A stretch of 62,054 nt of DNA, the filler included, from Platydemus manokwari (Eukaryota), in NCBI GenBank assembly GCA_037951405.1. It is 6 parts of 6 records of this genome, joined end to end, with 100 filler letters (N's around TTAATTAATTAA, not from the genome) between each part and the next. Parts side by side here need not be neighbours in the genome. Positions count along the whole stretch, not along the records: positions 52,378 to 62,054 come from JBBMOY011219432.1; 5 more parts are not named here. One strand, written 5' to 3'. Of the stretch, positions 52,450-62,054 are shown piece after piece. Positions within the stretch are counted from its first letter, which is position 1. Each line of letters begins with the position of its first letter. The position numbers and the translations under genes were made by a program. The notes under the pieces are model-generated. The model ran no database searches and was not told the origin of the DNA. It saw nothing but the letters and a program-made list of their open reading frames with translations.

Positions 52450-53099
52450 TAAGATTGTATAAATATATTATGAATAAAATAATATTATGAATAAATTTAA
52501 TCTGATTTTGCTCGGGCCACATGATGATATCGGAAAATTCATTTGATATAGATTATGTTATGAATTAAGACAATAGAGCAATTAGAGATAGATTTTTGAG
52601 TTTGACAAAAGAATATATGAAACAGATTCTTTTTATACCATTTTGAAATGAGAAAATTTTCGTTTATATTCTCTGTATAAATGATTGGTTATTTAAAGCT
52701 GCTTATTTAAAGAAAATACGACTTTAATTTGTTGAAAAAAGTCTGTCTAAATATTAAATTCAGAAATTACATCCTTAATTATTAAAGTTTTCTAACATTG
52801 TACGAAGAGGTTATTGCGGTAATCGTTGCTACGCGACAAATACCTAATGATATTTCATTAATTGCAAACGAGTCAGAAAAATAGTTGACTGAAGACAGAA
52901 ATCTTATTTTTGACTAAAATAGACTTTGAAAGCTACCCAATTCTATATATATTAAATAAAAAAAACAGATCACATCAAGTATTATTAAATAAATAATTCT
53001 TTAAGTGATTTAATAAATATATAATTTATTTATGGTGTTTTTGGATTTTCTGACATATCTGTGATTTTGCCATCGGATTGTAAATGGATTTTAATGATA

Positions 53100-56000
53100 A
53101 ATTTTGAAATGCTGTTTTGTAGATATTGATCGGATCACTGTAGCATTTTATTTTGATATTAATAAGGTACTTTTGGAATCACGGATAAAAACAAAGACCA
53201 CATATTTCATTAAATACTTATAAATGATTTATCAAAACACCTAGATTTGAATCTCACAATTACTTCCAAATGTGTGCCAGTTTCTGAAATATTTTCTTAT
53301 CAATGGTATCGGTGATAAAATATCATTGACACTCAAATGTTATCACATTATATTAATAGGTCTGGGACTTTATAAATTATAATTATATGATGTGCGAATA
53401 TCGCCAATATTTGAAATATTTTTATAAATAAAACATTAATTTTTTATACGATTTCAATGAATATGCTTTGAATTTTGAAGCTTTCATTCGTCTTTTGGAG
53501 TTTCTCTGCTCTGATTCTTGTGAATTATATATATTCTTTATATCTGTGAGCCAGCATTTTCGATCATTGGCTATTTTTGAATATAACAATGGGTTAAAAT
53601 TTTAAAATGTATTTTTCGAATCATTTAGTATCATTCAAACATACTTGTTGGGGAGCATTTATTAACTGATTCAGTATTCTCAAAATGCAGATGCACGCAG
53701 ATTTTTTTCCATCAAATAGAATTATTTATTATTTCTTGACTACTTTATATGTGATTCGTGAAAATTAAATATTAATTTGTTCTGAACATTATTGCTGCTG
53801 ATAATCAACCATTTATCATTTCGGGATCATTAATATTAATTTAGTGATAATTAATAACTCCATGTGTATCTATCTACACAATTTTCTTTCTTGTGCGCTA
53901 GACATATCCAACTAAATTACGCAATCTCAAATATCCACGATAAATATAATCATTCCAAACTGTTTCACACATGGAAAACATATATATTGCTCATTTAACA
54001 GAAGAACACATTGACTTTTTCCTCAAATTCGTTAAGCTAAGACAAATCAGGACCACCTCAAGCGCTATTGGATCACATATAGTCTACTTGGTAATTAATT
54101 TTTTTGTATTGTGCTTGATTTCACTGTACACAATAATAATTGGAAAGAAAATTTCTTATCCAATATATTACAAAAAACATTTTCATTGATCTACGTTAAA
54201 TTTGCTTTGGATTTGCTTGATAGTGGAATCTTTTGGATTTCGAAACATCCAAATATAATCCAGCAAATAATCGAAAAAAAAACAATCGACAATATTAATT
54301 GTTTTTCAAATACGAAAAGTATAGAAAAAAATTAAAAAAAAATTCGAAAATTAAAATAAATTAGAAAAATTTATGCCGTATTTGGCTTTTATAAATTGCA
54401 ATTGATCATTTATATTCTTGAGTGAATGTAAATTATGAAACAAGTTTCTACAACACTGAAAATAGTGTGATATAATTATAAATTGATTCGATTATTCTTG
54501 ACGAAAAATATTCACCATGATGATTATCAAATAATTTATTTGTAATTATGTGTCTATTTTCTTTGGATTGGGATTTTATTTCATAGCAGCTTTTGCAATA
54601 TTCTTCAAATCGTTGATATCTTATGATTAAAATTCATTAATTACAATATTTATTAATCACGAATATAATAAATTCAATTCGATTTAATATCATACTTCGA
54701 ATACTATCTTAACACGCGACCGTTATTATCGTGTATATTAGGCTGTGATTATCCAATTGAAATTAAGCATCTTCAGATCAATTGTGACCCTTTTATAATA
54801 TTATACGTGACTATTAAGATTAATTTATCAAATCCTAGATTAAAAAAAATTAATTTATTTAAAACATATCGATATATCTATATTTTAATTTATTGAATTT
54901 TAAATTAAAAATTATTCTGATCGATATTGTTGTTATTTATTTTTAATTATTGGAATTATTAATAGATTTGTTTAAATTATTGTGTATTAAAAATATATTA
55001 TATATCTGGAATTAATTTCATGAAAAATATAATTGAATTGTTACCGCTAATGTTATTAATTTATTTATTCCATTTTAATCGCCATTTCAAGAATCTAAAT
55101 CTGTTAATGACAATATGAGTTATTCACTTTCGTGTCTCACAATTTCTTGGTTGAATATTAAGACAATTATTAATTTTATTTATAATTTGTACCTCATTAT
55201 GTATATTTACACTTTGTGATTGAGATTGTTATTAAATTTTTGCAAATTCTATTCTAAAAATAAATTGGCATTGACCCTGACGAAAATCAATGGCATTTAT
55301 ACTTAATTTCAAAATAATTATTTTGGATATCATTGTTTATATTTTCAATTCCATTACGTCAGCTTAACGGAACCAGATTATTTGATCCCGATACAAGTGT
55401 AAGATCTATAAAAAATACATAGAGGAATTAATAGAGAAATTTAGAGTCGATTTGTGATTTCTTTTACATAGGAAGACTTAATATTTAATAAAGATTTTTA
55501 GGTTTTCCAAAACAATTAAATTGACAATTTTGTATAAAAATTAACTGGTTTAAAAAATGGTGTAAAAAATATTTTGATTGAAAATGCTTTGTTCCAATAA
55601 TTACTATAGAGCATCATCAATAATTGTTGATCATTAAATTTCAATTCATTATCATTAATAACTAAGCCTATATCGATACACAATATCATTCCTCTCTTTC
55701 ATTCAATAATTGGTATATTTGCTTTTGTATTCCACTCTGCATCTCATGTGTAGCGATTTTTATATTTGACAAAAAAATGATTATTTGGATTACCATTCAA
55801 TAGCTTGTAATATAATCAGTATTTATCATTATAATAATTATCATTATTGTTGGGATAAAACAGAGATCGGAAAAGAATGAAGATTTAATTTTCAATATAT
55901 CAAAATATTGTCCAAGTACTCATATATTGGAAATGGATTCGCCGGTCTTTTGGAAAATACTTTTCAATATATTTGTAATTGTATTATAAATCTCAAAAAC

Positions 56001-56460
56001 GTTCCATGAAATGTAGACGATCGCGCTATAGTGCATAATTTATATTTATATCACTCACCATTTTGTAAATTACCCTTCTGCATGAACTCACAGCTATATG
56101 TTGTGGTGCATTATGTTAAACGGAAAGATTTCAATGTTTTTATCTTCCTTCAGAATTGGTTACCTTGATTGCATTTCTGTATTAACTGATCCATTGTCAA
56201 TAGTCAACTGGTAATGATAAGTTACAAATTTGATTTTTATTAAACACCAAATTTAATTTTAACATTTTATTTACGTACTGATAATCTTTAATATGCATTG
56301 AAAATCGATAATAAAATCGAAAATTCTTAATATCGATTGAAACTCACCATATACATGACCTTAAAAGTTCAAATACTCCATTAGTTATGGGATTAGTTAT
56401 TTGCGAATAATGTTGAATTGGATCCAAATTAGATTTATGCGTCTTCCAAAGCAACCCAAA
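53100..56460 (-). CDS. Possible gene made of many very short exons (unresolved)
   Basis: Short open segments flanked by AG/GT sites on the minus strand, e.g. THKSNLDPIQHY...LLRSCI|GTGAGT, LTIDNGSVNTEMQS|GTAACC, EIKHNTKKLIT|GT and WNDYIYRGYLRL|GTAATT. No family recognised. Confidence 0.3.
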
Positions 56461-57039
56461 ATTTGTATTTAAAAAAAATATTGAATATAATGTTAGTATT
56501 CTATATAGATTTTGTCGTCTCTTAATAATTCACCTTGATGATGGAAATTTCACTTTACAGAGAAGACACTTATTATGTATTCTATATCCCTTATACACTG
56601 GGTTTGAGATATAATGCATAGTTATTAATAATGGTGGTTGTGCCTTTAAATATAGTCTTTTTCAAATCGCTTTTAATTCTTTAACGCAAATAATGCCTTC
56701 TTAATTCGCTCGCAAAATATTTTTATTAAGATAATAAATTAATTGTTATTGATCTCATATATAAACGCCTTATTTTCCATGTCTCTGGTTTCATCGAATT
56801 TCTATGTGTTGTGATGATCCCCAAATCATAGACAACTAAGCGCACCCACATGAAATTATATCTTTTCTCAATAACACCTCAACAAAATATCAATTACCTC
56901 ATCTCCTTTAATTACCACACGCAACTATAACTTGATTATCCTACGATGAGAGCAACATATATTGATCAATATTATGTGCTTTAACCGAACCTACACGCCG
57001 ACTTCTTATCGCCTTGATTTCGATATTGATGCCCTCCTT

Positions 57040-57960
57040 ATCCAATCATATCTCCATCTTCTACTCGCATTACCTTCGAGCATACTGCTTTGACCCAACA
57101 TATATCAAAACTTTATGAGGTTCTCCAACAACTTCGGCATTTATAAATCTTCTCGATGAGGTTGTCGTCAAATGTAATTTCTGTACCAAGATCCATTGTT
57201 TTGCATTTTCCAGATCGAAGATTATCTCCAGACACTTCCTCAACAAGCACGATATTGAAATAAATTCTGAATTCGCAATGCAATAATATTATGGTTTTGT
57301 AATCTATGTAACTCCATTTAAATTATACCTAGGCAACTACAGATCTATTATTCTATCAAAACATCAATGAACTTCAGCTGATTACTGAAGATACCAAAAC
57401 TTTGTTGACTACGTAGTTCAGTCATTGTAGCTTACTGCTTCTGAAACTTTCTTATTCCAAACATTTCATTTTTATCGAACCTCAACTTGCCTTTGTATCT
57501 TGAAACAGAACTATAAAACCCTTTATTTCTCATTGACATATTGGAATCTATATATTGTGGATTCTGAAAAATCTCATTATTTCTATGTCTTTTTTTGGAT
57601 GACCAGTAAAGTTTCTGGACCAAACTTGACCACCTTTTTTTAAATTTGTTTGCTGCTAATTGTGGTAGTTTGTAATTGTAAACTTACCAAAGCATATCAA
57701 CAACTCCGTGTGTGAACTGTTAGTGATTCAGTATATTATCGATCATTCATTACTATCTCCCATCTTTTATGATCCATGATTTTTGAGATTTAAGATAATA
57801 TTCAAATTATTCTATTCAATGAATCAAATGCCAAAAATCTGGATACTTACTCCTTATCTGCACATCTAATATTGCTTGGAGCCATTAAATTGCTAGAATT
57901 CGACTCTAAACCTATCTTAGATCTTATCAACTATGCACTCAAACCAGTTTTAACACCATA
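57040..57960 (+). mobile_element. Degenerate, diverged relative of the 43.5-50.9 kb element (ORF1 end and protease region)
   Basis: LLDEVVVKCNFCTKIHCFAFSRSKIISRHFLNKHDIEI, ELQLITEDT, *LRSSVIVAY, FIFIEPQ, LPKHINNSVC.L.VIQYIID and AIKLL align collinearly with the ORF1/ORF2 junction region of the intact copy. Confidence 0.85.
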
Positions 57961-58295
57961 AAACAAACGAAACTATCTGTTATCCATAATTGTTAACCAT
58001 TTAATTGTTATCCAATTTTCGTGTCGTGAATTATTGTGCATTTGCTTACTGACTGATGTCAGTTTATATACTGTTTCTCAAGACAGAATGACTATGCAAA
58101 ATTAATCGTAGTCATTTTTCGGAAGTTTTCAGTGTTGCCATGGCATTTTTAGTTTTTTATTTAAGTCTATGATTGTATTTATGGTTCCCACAGTAACGTG
58201 AATTTTAATGTAAATTAGTCACTTCTGATTTTTGTATTTTTTGTTTTATGTGTAATTTATTTGGGTGTATCGCGTAATTCAATATATTTATGTAG

Positions 58296-58619
58296 TTATG
58301 ATTTTCCTATTATTAACTAACAAGTACTGTTGATAATATTTAAGAGCAAAAATAGTGGCAGCTAACATAGTATGTAGAGGATATTATGGCCATGATTTGT
58401 TCAAAGACAGGCATCATAAGTTATATTATGATTATGATTTTCCTATTATTAACTAACAAATACTGTTGATAATATTTAAGAGCAAAAATAGTGGCAACTT
58501 ACATAGTATGTAGAGGATATTATGGCCATGATTTGTTCAAAGATAGACACCATAAGTTATATTATGATTATGACTTTCCTAATATTAATTAACAAGTACT
58601 ATTTTTAATATTTAAGAGC
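58296..58619 (+). repeat. Tandem repeat, 136-bp unit, ~2.4 copies
   Basis: Units start at 58296, 58432 and 58568 (TTATGA.TTTCCTA.TATTAA.TAACAA.TACT...). Confidence 0.92.
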
Positions 58620-60850
58620 CATTATTAATCTTTAAGAAAATAAGAATGTGATTTATTTTTGATTTCATAGTGAACTTAATTATTTTGAAAGAGAAATTTG
58701 GATAATTTTATACATAATTCAACACAAACAATAATGAATGAATGAATGATGTAATAAAAATTCATCTGATGTTTTTAATTATTTGTTTTTTTTCGTTAAA
58801 AACACTCATTCATTATTCAATATAATTCCGAAAAGAACAATCAAAACTAGACATATTTGAATCTATCATTAAATAATTCACGGAAGAGAATTACTTTTGA
58901 ATTATTGGCCACATATTCCATGATTGATTTATATTTTTAGAATAATTTTTTGTTATTTACATCGTAAATTTATGTTTGTATTTAATAAGCAAGTAATTAT
59001 AAACCTTGTCGTGTTCGAGAACTGTAAATGAAAATAGAAATATTTCCGCCAACAAAATATTATTTTATTTTTATAAATAAAAATTACCAATATTTGGTAT
59101 TTTTAATTTTACTTTGTAACCTAAGAATTTCAATTTTTAGAGTTAGTAGAATTGATTTCATCCCTACTTATTTCTTTCAGTAATTAATGCATTGAACCGA
59201 AATGTTCACCTAAACAATGATCCTACGTTGATTCATGGATTTTTTTCATCTGACCAATAAACAGAGTTATGATGGTTCAATTGTAATTTAGTGTGTGAGT
59301 TGATTTTCTCTTCGAAATCTTTATAAAACGTCAGTCGTCGATCAGTGTTATCTTTATTAATCTCTTAAAGCAAAACAAAATGATAGCTTTTGAGACCTGA
59401 GTTCATTTAAGAATGCGACGAATCGAAGATTTTGAAATCTTAAGATTCTTACATGCTCAAGGAAAAGGTATCACACATCTCATTCACAGCATTAGCAAAT
59501 GCACCAACTTTATTGTCGTTATTATTATCATGAAGTTTACCGTGTGGCTTTTTGTCAACACTTCCAGTTGATTCATATGTCTCACTTATAGAAGGAATAA
59601 CTTATTATCGATTGATCTGTCGAAAATATCTTGAAAAAGTTAATCACTTCACGATAAAATCTTGTTTTATGAAAATTCTTTACAATAAAGACGTACGCTT
59701 TAGTTGTTTGACTTTATGGTATTTTTGAAATTTAATAAACACTCATTAAACGAATAATCAATATCAAACGATTTTTAATTTTAAATTTAGTAGAATTTAT
59801 TGCAATGCAATATATTGCATTTTTAAATATTCAATGAATTCTTTAAGAATCTACTTCAGTGTGAATAGTTCAGAGTGAGACGCCTTGTATATACATGATT
59901 TTACAAATATGGTTGTGCATTAAACCCTGTGTTCTTTATTGTGTTATTTAAATAATTATTTAAATAAACTTGGTTTCGATTAAAATTCGATTAAATTTCT
60001 TCTAATCCTTATGCACAGAGAAAATTTAAACGGATTGTATTTATTTATTCCAACTGTTTCTCTTGCCGTATTCAATGCTTGGTCTTCTGTTAGAGAGTGT
60101 TCATTATTTCAAAATTTCTTGTCGATGATTTAGTCTTGAAAATCAGTGTAGTAGCTAAAATATATTGATGCATATAGGAAACAGTAAGTTTCAATGAAAA
60201 TAATTCAAAACTTATTGTGAAGGAATTGATTCACAGCATTCAATTTAAGCATTGGCGTTTTTCTTGACATGCTGTATTAAAATTCATAATAAATACTTCT
60301 CAAAATTAATTTTCGTTATTGTATGTTATTAATTTTTGGGTTTTGCCTGATTATAAAAAATATATCTCGAATGAAAATGCCCTGAAAATTTAGGCTGATT
60401 ATCGTTTAAGAATAAGGCTTGATGAAAGTTTTTGTCGTTCAGTTTGTTAATCATGGAATGGCAAGATATATATTATAAAAAGCTAAACTTCAAGCCAAAT
60501 TCAATTGTAATTATGCGCATACCAAACAGTGATGCTTTGCATATTCATTATGTTTAAGCTTTACCACAGCTAGCGACATAAAAATGGAGCATCTTCTATT
60601 AATTTTGTAAGAATTTTTAATAAAATTATTGGGGTAATTTAAATCGGTTTGATCATTAACCCATAAAATCGATCCCTCGAGAAAGATTCACATTTTAAAA
60701 AATGACAAAAACAATTTCCATAATTTTAACAGAAATATGGAAAAAATCCCCAAAATAATTGAAATCAAAGTTATGAAATTTCAAGGATAGAAATTGATAA
60801 ACGAAAAATATTTATTTTTTATGATTTTTACTTATTTTTTTTTATTTCAG

Positions 60851-61532
60851 ATACTTATCTGGAGACAATGCCGGTGAAACAAAAGTCGCACAGAGTTTAT
60901 TAGAAGTTATTTCATTGACGGGTAATGAAGGATTGGAAGAAAAAGTCATGAGGGTATTAAGAAAATTCGGATTGGATCCAGCTAATATGGTTACATTTTG
61001 TTGTCATTCCCCGGGATCTGAGATTTATTTGGCTCAACTTGGACCAGTTCGAGGATGGCCTCATAATGATGATATATTGGCATTTTTATTGGAAGCTGGT
61101 TGTGCTAGTTGTACACGTCTAAGTTCTTGCTTGGGTCTTGTGCAACAGTTAACATTATTTTGGGTCGGTTCAAGTTCTAGGGATAGATTTCTCTGTGAAT
61201 TCTTGGAGAGGCAACCGGGATCTTTAACGGGGGCAAAATTAGATGAAATGTTAGATCTTCTTGTGGATCGATATGCTGAAATGATTGATGCTCTAGCTGA
61301 GCTAAGAGCCACAACTTCCCTATCGCCTTTGGATGCTTGGATTGCTGATAGTTTATGGAAAAGTTTAAAAGCCAGTGAAACTGAAGAAGGAATTCAATTA
61401 CTAAGAAAAGCTGTTGGCTTGTTAAGACCAGCTTTATCATGTCAACAATTAGGCAAAGTTCATTTTCTACATCAAATGAGAGTAAGGATGCAAGCAGAAT
61501 CAGACCAATTCGAGAACATTCTATCAAATCAA
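60851..61532 (+). CDS. Internal exon of a hAT-transposase-derived (probably domesticated) gene
   Basis: 682-bp open exon between TTTCAG and GTTAGT. (R)YL...SLLEVISLTG.EGLEEKVMRVLRKFGLDPANMVTFC, LVQQLTLFWVGSSSR and RYAEMIDALAEL follow the spacing of the ZMYM1/ZNF862-like hAT catalytic domain. Confidence 0.65.
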
Positions 61533-62054
61533 GTTAGTTTTCGATTTATATGCAATAATTTTTATTATCTTGTGATTAAGTTTACTTATTATGTTCTTTA
61601 AAAGGAGATCAATTAATGAATGATAAGCATCAATAATGAAAAGAATCAATATTCTTGTTATTTATTGAAATGAATTGAATTTTTATTAAAAGGGCAAAAA
61701 CAGTTTCAATTGGATTTAGAACTAAAATGGACTGTTAAAACTTAATAAATCATTCAAAAGATTGGGTTTCAAATGTGTAAAATAGTGCTGTACTAGAATC
61801 ATAAAACAATATTTTCTACTCTCCATTGGTTATGTAATCAGTGATTACATAACGATCTAACCTTTAATCCAGTTTGTATTGAGTTTGAAAAATTATTTCA
61901 TCCCAAAATCTTATGATATATATATGAAGATTTTCTTTGAGTAAAACCTTTATTATTTGTTTCACTGAGATGTATTCTATTAGGTTGTTGGGAAAATAAT
62001 GGCCGTTTTTGCATTGCATATTTAAACTGTTAATATTTAACTAAAATCATTAGC

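Overview
This is very AT-rich eukaryotic DNA with short GT-AG introns. The transposon content suggests a planarian-like flatworm, but that is inference. The window is six ~10-kb contigs joined by artificial 100-bp linkers (N44-TTAATTAATTAA-N44), so adjacency across linkers is not biological. Host genes: REXO4, CARM1/PRMT4, the 5' half of a cGMP-dependent protein kinase, an intronless ARM-TIR-SAM gene, an exon of a hAT-transposase-derived gene and one or two unidentified multi-exon genes. Mobile DNA: Merlin, hAT, mariner, Gypsy and Polinton-like remnants, plus several RLE-type non-LTR retrotransposons. The main find is an apparently intact NeSL/R5-like non-LTR element (43755-49400). Its low-complexity/zinc-finger ORF1 is in frame with a Ulp1-like protease-RT-RLE ORF, separated by a single UGA-CUA that sits on the protease's conserved Trp. 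A diverged relative on another contig (~57.1-57.9 kb) has the same UGA-CUA and a near-intact copy of the LYGG motif found upstream of it. Together these suggest a retrovirus-like readthrough plus self-cleavage strategy. A covarying structured RNA motif lies just 5' of ORF1 and recurs at 52.0-52.15 kb.
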